64,000 bases of DNA from Geosiphon pyriformis uo1 (taxonomy: Eukaryota > Fungi > Glomeromycota): contig JAAOMT010000096.1 in NCBI GenBank assembly GCA_016748015.1, forward strand, positions 62,001-126,000, given 5' to 3'. Below are positions 38,425 through 51,456 of the stretch, piece after piece; within the stretch, counting starts at the first letter, position 1; each line of letters opens with the position of its first letter. The notes beneath the pieces were generated by a model. That model was not told the DNA's origin and did no database searches. It saw only the letters and a program-made list of their open reading frames with translations. The position numbers and the translations under genes are program-made.

Positions 38425-41400
38425 GCTTGTAATTATTTAAAAATCAAAAAAAACTTGGCAAAAGTAAAAGAAAAACTCAAAACTTTAAATTAATTAAATA
38501 GTTTAAAGTTTTAGTAAATATAGCTTTCAATATACAAAATAAATCTTACCAGATTTTCAGATTACCAAAAACAAATATTATTCTATTTTTTAGAAAAATT
38601 TATAAAATATACATTTGTTTAATACCTATTATTATTTAATAAATCTTCAAATCAAATAAACAAATATGTAAAAAATATGAAATTTTGATTTCAAATATTT
38701 ATTTCCCAAAAAAAATCAAAAAAATCAAGATTACTTTTTACAATTTAAACAATTATTTTATTATATTAAATAACTACTTGGAAATTAAAATTATTTATAT
38801 TAATATCTTTTAATAAAAACTATTACAAAAAGTTTTAAATTTTACAAAAATAATTGGACATTTTCTTTTAAAATTTAACTTAATTCTTACTATTAAAAAT
38901 TATTATGTTGTTATTAAAAAATTATCTTAAATTAACATAAAACAATTAAAGTTACAACAATAAAAAAAATTCAAAAAATTAATTGCAAAATATATAGATA
39001 TATTTGTTAAAAATAACAATAACTTGAAAATTAATTTGATTTAACATTAAATCTATATAAGCAATACCAAATCAAAATACCAGTAAACATATTAAGTCTT
39101 AAAAAGCTATTAATTTATTTAAAAAGAAGTACAATAAATGTTTAACAATAGACTTATTTAATTATTAATGTGTTTATAAATTTTACCAGTAGTTTTTTTA
39201 AAATAAAAAATAAAAAAATCTATTTTTCTGTCAACTATTGCCAACTTAATAATAATATTATTAAAATATTTATTTTTTATTATAAATTAATAATATGTTA
39301 GATGTTTTTAAAAAATCTAAATACTTTTTAACATTAAATCTAGAAAGTGAATATTAATAAGTTATTATAAACTTTAAAAATTGTCCAAAAACTATTTTTA
39401 TTACTTAAAAAAAATTATAAGTTTAATATAATGTCTTTTAATTTATATAATATACTAATAACATTCCAAAAATTTATGAATATTGTCTATATTAAACTTT
39501 TTTAGAAGTTAGTAATTGTCTATTTAAATAATATTAATGTCTATTTACTCTTATTCAAAGCTTACTTAATTCATTTGTAAGAAGTTTTTCAATAATTATA
39601 AAAAATCAAATTGAAATTAAATATTAAAAATATTATTTTAAAAAAACCAACTTGGCTTTTTTAAATCATATTATTAATAAAAAAAAGTCAAATCTAATCC
39701 AAAAAAATCAGTGTTGTCAAAAACTTTAAAGTTTTATAAAATACTATGAAATTAAAAAAATTTACTAAATTAGTATTTTATTATTAAAAATCTATTAGAA
39801 ATTGTCAAATCATTCAACTATCTAATTAACAAAAACATCGAATATAAATAAATAGCCAAATAATAATAAGTCTTTAATATTCTCAAAAAAAGCTTATAAT
39901 AGTCTTAATTATTATTTATTTGAGTTTTAACAAAAGATTTTAACTAGTTATAGATGTCTTTTATATTGTTTTTGGTATTATTTTATCTTAATTAGATAAT
40001 AATAACAATAAACAAATAATTGTTTATACTAACAGAACACTAAAACCAGTAAAAAAAATACTTTGCCATTAAACTAAAAACAGCATTAATAATTTGGGCT
40101 TTTTATTATTTCAATCTGTATCTTAAATCCAAAAAATTCAATATTATTATTAATAATATTGAACTTAAATAACTATAAAACAAAAACTTTAAACTAAACA
40201 CAAAACAAATCCAACAGACAAAATTTTTTGCAAACTACTAAAATATTGTATATTATAAACCAAAAAAGCTTTTCATAAATGTTGATTGGTTTTTCAAAAT
40301 AAAACAAAATTAAAAATCTTAAATACCATCCAATTTAATTAACAATAACAAACAATAAACAATAAACTCTAAAAATTATAACAATCTTAAACAATATTTA
40401 AAAATATTTATAATACTAAAAATTAATTTTTAAGTAAAAAACATTGATTATAATACCAAATAAAACAATATTTTCTATATAACAATATTATTTATTATTT
40501 AAACTATAAAAATTTAAACAATTTATTCAGAGTAATTTAAAAACATAAAAAAAAATTTTATATAACATATATTTAGATCTTTTATCAGTATATTTTGAGA
40601 AAAATAGCACAATTTAAAAAATATTAAAATGCTATTTTTGGCTTTAAATAATAAAAAATATTTACTAATATATTATGTCTTATAATAGTTGTCAAAAAAA
40701 AGGAGAAATATGCTCCATAAAACTACTAAATTCAATCAAAATTGAACAATTTTTTAATTAAATTGGTATTAATTTAGTTAGATCACTACTTATTACAACT
40801 TAAGAAAATTAATAAATTGTAATTGTAGTAAATTATCTTACTAAATAGTCTAAAACAAAAGCTATTCAATAAGTAGATGCAAAATTAATCGCAAATTTCA
40901 TTCATAAAAACATTATTTGTAAACATAAATGTTTAATTAAACTTTTATTCAATTAAGAAACATATTTTATAAACAACCTAGTACAAGAAATTTATGAAAC
41001 AATTTAATATTAAAAAACTTTTATTTTTGCCCTATTATTTATAAAAAAATAAATTTGTAGAATATTTCAACAAAACACTTTGTAAATATTAGTCAAAGTT
41101 TTAACAAATTTTAAGCAAAAATAAAATTTTTTTATTTTATTAGTATTACTAGTATATAAAATACTAAAACAAGATATAATAAAACATATACTATTTAATT
41201 TGACATATAAAAAAACAGCAATATTATTAATTAATTTTATAGTAAAATCTTATTTAATTTAACTAATTATTAAATACAATTTTTAAGTAATACTACATAA
41301 AAAAGTATACTTATTTTTTAGTATATTGAAAAAAAAAACAAATTGTAACTATCTATATAAAACACTTTTAAGCTTAACAAAAAGAATAACATAACAATAA

Positions 41401-41493
41401 ACTATTATTAATTATTATTATAAATAAACTTAGTAGAGTATTATATTAATGTTTAATGCTCTGAATTTGAGTAAAAAAGTCATTGTTACCCAA

Positions 41494-42467
41494 TATTACC
41501 AGAGGTTTTTGGTCTCTTTTCTTGAATATTGTTAATGTTGATTTGCTGTGTATTCATGTTTTCAGAAAGTAATTGGACCTCCAGTAACTGAATTTTTCTT
41601 CAAATTATTTCCTATAATTTGAACTGCTGGACTTATAAGTAGAATGGCCAATTCTATGCCAGTTACTTTGTGTAGTTACGTTGTAGTAAACATCAACTTT
41701 TTCTTAGGAATTGCTTGTCTGGAAGCTTACTAAAAAATGTGTAATTACTTTGCTGTGAAAGTCAACTCTTCTACAGGAATCTTGTCTGTAGACTACCCCA
41801 ATAATTGTAATAAGAAAAGAAGAAAAAAAATAAAAGAAATGTAAAAGAAATAGAATTCTGTTAAGAGAAACGTTTTTTATTCAGGCTTAGAGTCACTAAC
41901 AGTTTATTGAAATTAGTAGTTAATCAATTTCAAAACATTAGTTGTGTTAAGGGAATTTCAAGTACAATAATCAAAAAATTTGGGTTTCAAATATTTACTT
42001 TTTATTTGAAATGTGTAAAAAGTAATTTGTTTCAATTAAGATATCTAAAGTAAAATACTATGATAAAATACAATGAAAAGATACATTTTTTTGAAGCAAG
42101 AAGCTCTTTTTTTATACAACTTGTTGTAATATTAGTCTTTGAACTTGCACTTTTCTCTTTGCTACTATTTGGGTGAACTAAAAATACATTTTGGCAAACT
42201 ACAAGTTATTTTACTGAACTATTGATTATTTCGGTCAATTTTCATTAATTTCAGCAAATTTTGACTATGTTAAATGGTTCAGAGTATTGTGTAATTTGAT
42301 TATCTTAATTTTTATTGTACAAATCAGATTATTGATTAAGTAATAATATTTGATAATTTAACTAAATAATAAGTGATAATCAAAATAATAATAATATATG
42401 CTAATTAATAATAAGAATTATGAGGGTAATTTTATGTTAATTAATAGCTAAAGTTTTATTGATAATA
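41494..42467 (-). repeat. Solo LTR family A
   Basis: Complete A1-type LTR with no internal sequence; TSD CCAA/TCAA. Confidence 0.92.
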
Positions 42468-42556
42468 TCAAGTAGAAAAACCGATCCAAAATTATGAAGA
42501 AACATGACCAAAATGTGACATAATACAGAATAGTATGCAATAATGTTGGATAATGT

Positions 42557-43234
42557 TATTATGGTTGAAACTCATAGTTTTTATTAGTTATCACATGTAT
42601 TAGCCACTGATGTCATATAATTAGCCACCCTATTTTTAAATAGTGATCATTGACCTGATTATTGACCTGATTATTGATCTGATCATTGATCTGGTCATTG
42701 ACCACTTTCAATAGATATATAAGTGATAAGTCTCTTAGCTGTAGAAAAAAAGAATCAATGAAAAGAATCAAGACAATCAAAGAAATAAAATAACAAACTT
42801 CTATTTCAAACATTCTCTTATCGCTAATTTCCCTTTCTCTACCTTTAAGTATTTAAACATTTTTTGGATAAAAGATTACTTGTTGACACTTTTCTGAAAC
42901 ATGTAATTGCAGTATTTGAAGATTATTTGAATAAATGTGACTGAAGAGCACAAGTTGATATCTGATATTGAATTCTAAGAGTGCTGACATGAGACATAGA
43001 ATTATACTAGTGGTTATCAATTGTTGACAGTACGGACTATTCCTCTACCTTCAGATTCTCTTGTTATTTTTTGAAAAGAATAGCAACTGAAACATTTTAT
43101 GAGACTGATCTCACACATTGAATCCATACTCATTCAATTTGCTCATTGAAGTTGAATTCCTTTTGATTATTTTCATTACTCTACAATTCTGTTCTCTCTT
43201 GCTATTTATTAGCTTGTTACTCTAACCTGTAACA
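42557..43234 (+). repeat. Solo LTR family B
   Basis: T(G>A)TTATGGTT...AACCTGTAACA; perfect TSD ATGT. Confidence 0.92.
42644..42703 (+). repeat. 12-bp tandem array (TGATCATTGACC) x5 in LTR B
   Basis: tgatcattgacc tgattattgacc tgattattgatc tgatcattgatc tggtcattgacc. Confidence 0.9.
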
Positions 43235-43480
43235 ATGTGTTATAACTTAGAATAATACAGAATAACATGTTATAACATAGGATAACACAGAATAATATGT
43301 AATAACACCAAATAATATATTATAACATAAGATAACTAGTAATAATATAGAAAATTGGAGCAATTACAGAAATAGCAAAGCAATAGTTAGCAATAACAGA
43401 ACAATCAAAAACAATCCTATAGAACAAAAAAAATGTATAAAATAAGTAGCTGTAGAAGTTAAAAAGATATCCAAAAAGAA

Positions 43481-43546
43481 AATTAGACTTTTAGAAGTCA
43501 ATTAGACTTTCAGAATCAATTAGATTCTCAAAATCAATTAGACTCA
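43481..43546 (+). repeat. 18-19 bp tandem repeat, about 3.5 copies
   Basis: AATTAGACTTTYAGAA(G)TC units. Confidence 0.75.
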
Positions 43547-44943
43547 CAGGTCATAATTATTAAATACTCCTCCTTTCAAGGATAGTTGCTATTAATTGAA
43601 ATGAAATTATATTAATAAAATATCTTTTTAATTCTTCAAATTCATGTTATTATCTACTACTTAATCTGCTGGCACAATAGCCTTTGATTATGGCTATTGA
43701 CAGAATACTTATTTTTTATTTTATTTTCTTTATTTCCTTGTTTTTTTTTATTTTTTATTTTTTTATTGTGGAGCAGCAACATAGTAAAATTGCCTGTTTG
43801 GGAATAGACTTTGTGATAGCCTGGTAAAAGAGGAAAGCTCTCTCTAGGTTTTTGAATATTAACATTATCTTGATAGCTTATCAGAAAGATGAAAAAACAA
43901 TGCCAGACCCTAATGACTACACTTGTTAACTTGGAGAAAAAAGCTCACTTTTATAAGAAGTTGCAATCAGCAAGAACCAAAACTCTGTGTCTTATAATCA
44001 AAGAACTCAATAAGTAAATTTACAACCAGTAAATAAGACTTTTAAAGACTGATAATTAAGACTAAGCCAGCAGAATTATGTGAAAAATACATTACCAATA
44101 CTTAAGAACACTAAATGTTATCATTTTCCTATTCCACCAAGTTTATCAATAATACCATGAAGTTTTTTTTTAATTATATAAGAGACATATTAGGATTTAT
44201 CAATCTTTAAAAATTTTCATTATATATTACTTTACTTATTAAGTTTTTTAATTATAAGACACAAAGATGCATTTTGGTAAGTTGTAATTGTAGATATAAG
44301 CTATTTTTTCTAAGCTAATCAAGTACAATTGTTAGGATCTGATATTGTCTTTTTGCCTTTTTAGTAAGCTAACAAAATAAAATTAATATCCAAATCTAAA
44401 AAAACCTTTTTTTTTATTAAACTATTATAAGATCTATTTTTAAACAGTCAATTTTTAATATTGTTACTTTACAGAAAAAAAAAATCAAGAAAAAACAAAA
44501 ATAAAAAAAATAAAAAAAAATAAAAAAATAAAATAAAATAAAAAATTTATATTATTAATTACTGTAATTAAAAACAATTGATTCAAGTCATTAGAATTTC
44601 AAAGCTGTTTATATTAATAGCATTTAGTCTGGAATAAAAGTAAAAAAAATAATTAATTTAATTTTGACAACACAAAATCTGAGATTATATATAAGTAGAT
44701 TAAATAATATTTTTATTTAATAATAAATAAAAAAAATATAGAAAAAATAAGAAATTGTTGTTAAAAATACAAAAAAACAAAACTTCTTTCTCTCCTATGT
44801 CCCAAATTTCTGAAATAGCACACTTTTTGAAAGAAGTTTTTTGGTTTTTTATCTGTTCTTATCTTTTATTTTGCTTGGTTTTCACAATTTCTCAACTTAC
44901 CAATCCTTTCGTTGTCCCTTTAGTGTCTGATGCTGTTAATGCT

Positions 44944-46772
44944 ATGTCCACAAAAAAATTGGCCAAAAGTGCTGCTACAAACTCTGTGAGTGGAAGTCTG
45001 AGGCAAAAACCTAAGGTTTCACTTGGCAAAATCAAACACTCGGGTGATAAAACTGATTTAACTTACAAACTGCCTGCAAGTGTTTCCAGTTAATACAAGA
45101 ATATGGATACTTCTTATGATGGAAAGTTGGAGTGTGAGATAAGCAAGAACATGGGCTATGGTGCTAGTAGTAAGAGTAATAGGCAGTTGAACTTTTGTAT
45201 TAACACCCCAAAGATGAAACATTTCAACTCTAGTATGGTGAATGTTCTATCTCTGGGCCTCTGTGATTTTGGCTCGGCCATTAACAACTTTGATATGGGC
45301 TTATCTCCCTCTGTTTTTTTGAGACCCTTTCATCATTTTGTTGCTTCTGTCAAAAAAAAACTCTGTTTTGAACCTACTAAATCCTTCACACTTAATATTG
45401 GTCTGTTGGCTGTTCCCGAAAGTACTCTATGTGACAAACTCAAGGGTGTCAGGTCACTATTCTACAAAATTGATGGTTTTGGGGGTGCATCAACTCCTTT
45501 AAAATTTCCAAGCATTATTTGGGCATCTTTTACATCTGATTCCAGTCTTACTATGGCTAAACAATTGGCTGTGTCTAAGAATCTTGTCATCAATGCTGAT
45601 TTCAAAAAAATCAGCATACATTCAAATCAGGAAATTGTTATCAAAGAGATTCCGGTCGATCTGCCCAAATCAGTAATTAAATCTGCTTTGGTTAAGTATG
45701 GGAAAATTTTTTCAATCAAAATACAGCTTATTGGCCTCTGGCAGAAAGCGCTAGTGAAGTTTGAGAGTTCTTAGGTCACTAACCTGATTGTGTCCAAATA
45801 GTCAATCTTGCTAGATAAGAATTCAGTGCATGTTGCCAAAGCCAATACTGACAAACAAATGTGGGATTTAAGGAACAGCTATCATGCTTTCCTATACATT
45901 TTGCCAATAGACATAACTGCTCACAATCTCTCAGACTTGGTCCAATCATATGATGGGAAAACTTGCTATATTTCTAGAAATTCAGTATCTTATGCATGAG
46001 CTTACTGTGCTGTCATATGTTTTGATTCTGACAATGCCAGAGAAGCTGCTGTTTGCTCTACATTAGTGTTTAGGGTGTTAACCTCGTTTGGATTGGTTTG
46101 TTTTCTCCTAAGTATGCTGCATGTGAGAATTTTGGTTACATTTTGTCTGGCTGTGAAAGTGGTGAGAAAGACAGTGGGCAGGGTTCTAAGAAAAAAAGAT
46201 TTCTCTGTTCTGATTCAGATAAGAGGCATCTTGTGCTCATTTATGCCAAAAAGCAGGCACTCATATCTTATCTAGTATTCTTTGGTAGTGCGACTTGGGC
46301 TTCTGTGGTAAGTGGCTTCCCTAAAAATTCATATTTTACACTAATCATTGGGAACAATTCAAGCATAGGTTCAGTCAACAGTTTGATGCTTGTGGTTAAA
46401 ATTCTGGCTTTGTGTGTTAGTGTCTTTGAGCATTCACTTGAGAATGTGTTAGATCAGATGGCAGACATTTCACATAAACTAAACAGGTTGCTGGCTGTTT
46501 TGTCAGCAAATTTTGCTGTTCCACCCTCTTCTGAACATAATCCTGTGCTGGACATGACTGTTGATGCTCTGTTGTTTGTTTCCCCTGTGCTTAGTGTGAT
46601 TACTGCTATCTCTCAGGAAATTTCTCCAAGTGGTGCTCGTGTTTTAACTGCAAAAGTGGGTGGTCTGAAGGCTAACTTGGCAGTTCTGGAGAATTTGGTT
46701 AAGGCAATATTGAATAAATTGGACTCTTTTGGTTTTGGTAGTAGTATGGTAACCCTTTTCCTTTCTTAATGA
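44944..46772 (+). pseudogene. LINE ORF1
   Basis: EIVIKEIPVDLPK..ALVKYGKIFSIKIQLIGLWQKALVKF; degenerate knuckle ACENFGYILSGC. Confidence 0.85.
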
Positions 46773-49700
46773 GTAGTTTAGCTTGGAAAATTGCTACTTA
46801 TAATGTTAGAGATATGAATGTTCCTGCCAAACAGTATGACATTATTAGATGGCACATGGTTTTGAATAATGACATTTCAATAATTACTAAGACTAAGCTT
46901 TACTCCAGCATCAAGCCTTGGATTGCAAATAAGTTTCCTGGTGTGAGGGTGTTTACTTCAAGTCTAGATGCTGGGTTTTTGGGTGCAGGCATGGCTTTAA
47001 TCATGAATGAGAAATTAGCCAAACATGTTTCAAAAATCTCTGAGATTCTGAGCAGACTTTTGATGGTCCATTTGTTATTCAAAAACAAAAAATCTGTTTT
47101 TGTGTTGGGTTTATATGTAGAGACTTCTTTGGATAAGCATATGATTCAAACTGGTCTTGTCAATTCCTTTATAGCCAGAGTTTGTAATAAAAGTACTTTT
47201 GTTATTTTGGGTGGTGATTTCAATGAAGATAGGAACAAACATAGCTCTAGCTTTAGTAAGTGTACAGATTTTGGTCTAGTCAATATATTGGTTAACAGTT
47301 CTCACATTAAGGCTTCTACTTGAAGGAATTTCAGGAATTTTGAGAAGACTATTGACTACATTTTTGTTTCCCAAAGTTTGAGTAATGTTTTAATAAAGGG
47401 GTGTGTTGTTGATGTGGATGAATTCTTTAACACTGATCATAGTTCTGTTCAAATTACAATTGGTCTTGGTGGAATTTTGGATCTTGTTTTAAGGACTATT
47501 TGTGTTCAAGCCAATAAAAACAAGTGGAGGTTTAATGTTAAAAATGCTGATGAGATTAAATGAGAGCAGTATAAGATTGCATCTCATGATAATTTTGCCA
47601 TGTTTTCTGATGAGTTTACAGACTTTCACAGTGCATCTGATCTGGATGACATGTGGAGTGTTATTCGCAAAGCTGTTTGTTTTTTAGCGAATAAAGTTTT
47701 CTCAAAAACCTGGTCTAAAGATTTTGATGGTGGTTTTATCAAGAGCTTTTCCCACTATCATAGATTGGAACTTTTGGTTTCTAAGTTGGTAAAGGCTTCA
47801 CATTCTGTGTCGTCAATTGAATTTGTCTTCTTGTTGAATGTTTGGGCATTTTTGAACTCTGTTAATGTTTCTATTATCAAATCTTTTTTTTTTCAGAATC
47901 TCATTTTGATGCTATTAGATCAGCTTTGGTAAAAGTTAGAAAGTTTTATTGTTCTCTCAAAATGATGGAATCAAAATGTGCTAGGGACTCTTAAATCAGG
48001 CTAGTAATTGACAAAAGAATGAAGAACTTTGAGTTAAATAAAGGCCAAACTATTAGAAATGTACTTGAGCGGCCATTTCATAAAGTCACATTGAATCACT
48101 TGGTTGTAGATGAAAATCTTATTTTGGAGTCTGGTTTGGTCAAGAGTTATGTCAATAGAATTATGGAGGACTGGACTAGAAAGTGTGTAGTGGCTGATGA
48201 CATTTTAGATGAATGGCGTCACCAATTTTAACCCTTGGAATATGTCTTTAATAATGCCTTTTCGAATGTCATACACCCGATTATGGTAGAAGATTTTCTT
48301 GGTGTGGTTTTAGATTTGCCTGATAATAAAGCTGCTGGCCTTTCTGGTATTACAAATAAACTATGGAAACATTGTGACAGGTCTGTTCTGGATTTGTTTT
48401 TGGTGCTTTTGAACTCTTGTTTAATTTGTGGATCTGTTCTGGGTCCTTGAAAGAAGACCTGGATGTTTATAATTCCTAAACCCTATGACTGAGAAAAGGT
48501 TCTTACAAACACCCGACCCATAGCACTGATTGAAACTGCTTATAAGATTCTTTCTAAGATTCTCTCTGATAGGATCTCCATGGCATGTAGTAAGTATGAC
48601 ATTCTTCGTGGTAACAACTTCTCAGTTCTTAAAGGTATAACAACGTAGTTCCCTATTTTTGTTATTGGTTTGGTGGTTGAAGATGCTTTGAAAAAAAATT
48701 GTGAACTTTAGTTAGTTTTGTAAGACATGAGAAAAGTGTATAACTCAATTGGTTGGGAACATTTGAGAAGAAGTTTGGTCAGAATCAAAATGTGCAATAG
48801 ATTCATAAAATTTTTTGGGAGTATTCACAATGGCCGCATGAACAAAGTGATGACTGATTTTGGGCTAACTGATGGATATAGTGTTTATAACAGCTTAGAT
48901 CAAGGGAAAGTGTTCTCGTCTCTTCTTTGGCATATTTTTTACAACACTTTGCTGTGCGAGGTAAAAAAACAAGAGGCAGTGTGTGGTTATAGGCTAAATT
49001 CACACTATGTTGCCAAGTTTAGTCGCATTGATCCTTAAGATAGTTTGATCTCTTTTCTTGTTGTAGGTGCATTCGTCAATAATACTATATGAGTTGGTTC
49101 TAGTCAGGTAGCTACACAACACATTTTCAATGTTGCCAGTGAATTTTTCAGAATGAATAATATTTTGATCAACAACAACAAAACTGTAGCAATCCTGATT
49201 AATTGCAAAGTGGTGGCTCCTTTTTTATCTGTCTGTGGTGCCCCTATTTCTATTGCCAAAAAAAGAACATCTTACCGATATCTGGGAATTTTTTTTTTCT
49301 CTGATGGGTAATTTAAGCCTAGCCTGGCTAAAGCACATTCAAATGTACGGTTTTTCACCAATTTTGTTCTAAGAAAAGCTATTTTGGATAAACAGTTCTC
49401 TTATTTGGTTTCGGCTGTTTTTTATCCTATCATTGGTTATAGGATCCAGTTTAGCTTTATTTCTGCTAGTGTGTGCTGAAAGTGGAATGTTTTAATTTGG
49501 AAGGGCCTGAAATTAAAATTGGGTCTGTCTCTGAACTTTCCTAATGATGTTTTGCACCATTCCTTATTTTATGGCTTAAAGACTTTTGAACAGATCTAAG
49601 CTGAAGGCAAGGTTGCTGCTGTGATGTGTTTTGCCAACTCTGTTGGAGTTTTGGGCCAATTGTTCAAGCATAAGTCACATGACTTGCAGGTCGTGAGTTG

Positions 49701-51456
49701 GTGTCCAGTGCATTCCTTGTGTTTTTCTGTTTGTATTAGTGTTAATCTTTTAAACAACTTCTTGGCAGGTGTGATTCGGGTCTTTCTCAGTTCTGGTTTA
49801 TTTTTGGGCAATCTTAAATGTAATGCTTTTCACTTCCAGTATGGTACTCTTTTATCTGGTGTCTTTGGTGAATCTATGTATTTCAGGTGCCTTTTCTCTC
49901 TTTATCATTATGGAATTGCTTTTGTTGAACAGCTTTGGTGCCATGATGGGGCTGTTTTCAACTGAAAAACTTTCAAGCAATGGAAGAAACTTGACCCACA
50001 TGGTCCTGTTCCTGTTTGGTTTGGTGCTGCCATTCAGCATCTCCATAATTTTGGTACTCTTGATGTTTGCTCTTCCCTTCCAGACAGTGCTGTTGCAAAG
50101 AACATTCTTAAATCTCATAAGTTTAGAACAGTGCGTGATCAATTGTCTAGCATTGATGCCTCTGGCTTTTCAGTATACACGGATGGATCTTTTTGTGGTC
50201 TAGGGAGTGTTAATATGAAAGCTGGCACTGCTGTGTTCTTTGAGAACATTAACTTAGATCTTAGAATAGAAGTAACTGGTATGGTGTCTTCTACATTGGC
50301 AGAGCTTCAAGCCATAGCATTGGCCCTTGAGTGTGTGCCTAGTTTGAGTTCAGTCTGTTTATTTTTTGACAGCCAAGCTGTCTTGAATGCGTGTAGAACT
50401 GAATTATTGTTGTTGGTTCTGGATTTCTAAAACAAATGTTGGGTCAAATGTTAACACATTGCTGGCATTATACATAAAAGAAATTTGAATATTGGCTGAT
50501 ATAAGGTTAAAGAACATTCAGGTGTTATGAGTAATGTGCAGGCTGATTTGTTTGTTGGTGTTTTTTCTCATTCAGACTGGCTCTTTCCCTCCTGGCTTAA
50601 GAAGTGTTTTATTTTGACAAATGGCAGTATTGTTTCTGGTAACTCTTAACACTTTGTTCATAATGTTTTTTAGTCTATCCATTGCACATGCTAGGAATTA
50701 GGCTCTGGTGTCAAAATTGTGGACAGTCATCTGCTTCCAAATGTTGATTGGTCTAGATCGTCCTTTGTTTGGCATTCTGACTCTCATATGGCTGCTGGCT
50801 TTACGAGTCGCCACTCTGCTGGCTTCTGTTCTTATTTTATAAAAGCTTTACATTATAGACTGCCTGTTGCTGTTTGCAAATGTCTCTATGATAAATATTA
50901 CCCCAGTGTGGTGTGTTTGTATTGTGATGATGTTGAAGTGTCAGACCATGTGTTTTTTTGTGCATTTAATGCAGCTGTTTGGCTCCAATTGTTTGTTGAT
51001 TTTGTTTCTGCTTGAAGAGTTGTTTCTGGTCTATTCCATGTTTCATCTTTTGTGTTACAAATGTTATCTAATTGTTTGACTGATTTGGATCTGGTTGCTT
51101 CTCTGTGCAAAAGTTTTGTGCTCGTGGATTGGTACCAGGAGGCCACTTCTTGCTTTGATGACTCTAAAACTGCATCTGATAAGGTGGTTGAGTTTGTTCG
51201 CAGTTTGTGCTTGTCTTTTAGGAATGATATTTGGCTGGTCTGTTCTAAACATCTAGCTTTTATAAAGAAACACAGTTTGATCCCTTATGATGATTTGATT
51301 CCTGTCTCAGTATCTGGTAGCATGTCAATGCTTTTGGCCCATGTAATTAGACTGCTTGGTATTGATGATGTGTTTGGTGTTAGTTTTGGGTTGCATAGTT
51401 CTTGTTGGTTTTTTTTAGGTATAGGTGATTTGGTTTTTGTGTCCATGTGTGTATAA
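46769..51456 (+). pseudogene. LINE ORF2: APE, RT, RNase H, CCHC
   Basis: IATYNVR, GGDFNE, TDH; TRPIALIE, LDQGKVFSSLLW; VYTDGS, LAELQAI, DSQAVL; CLYCDDVEVSDHVFFC. Confidence 0.93.
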
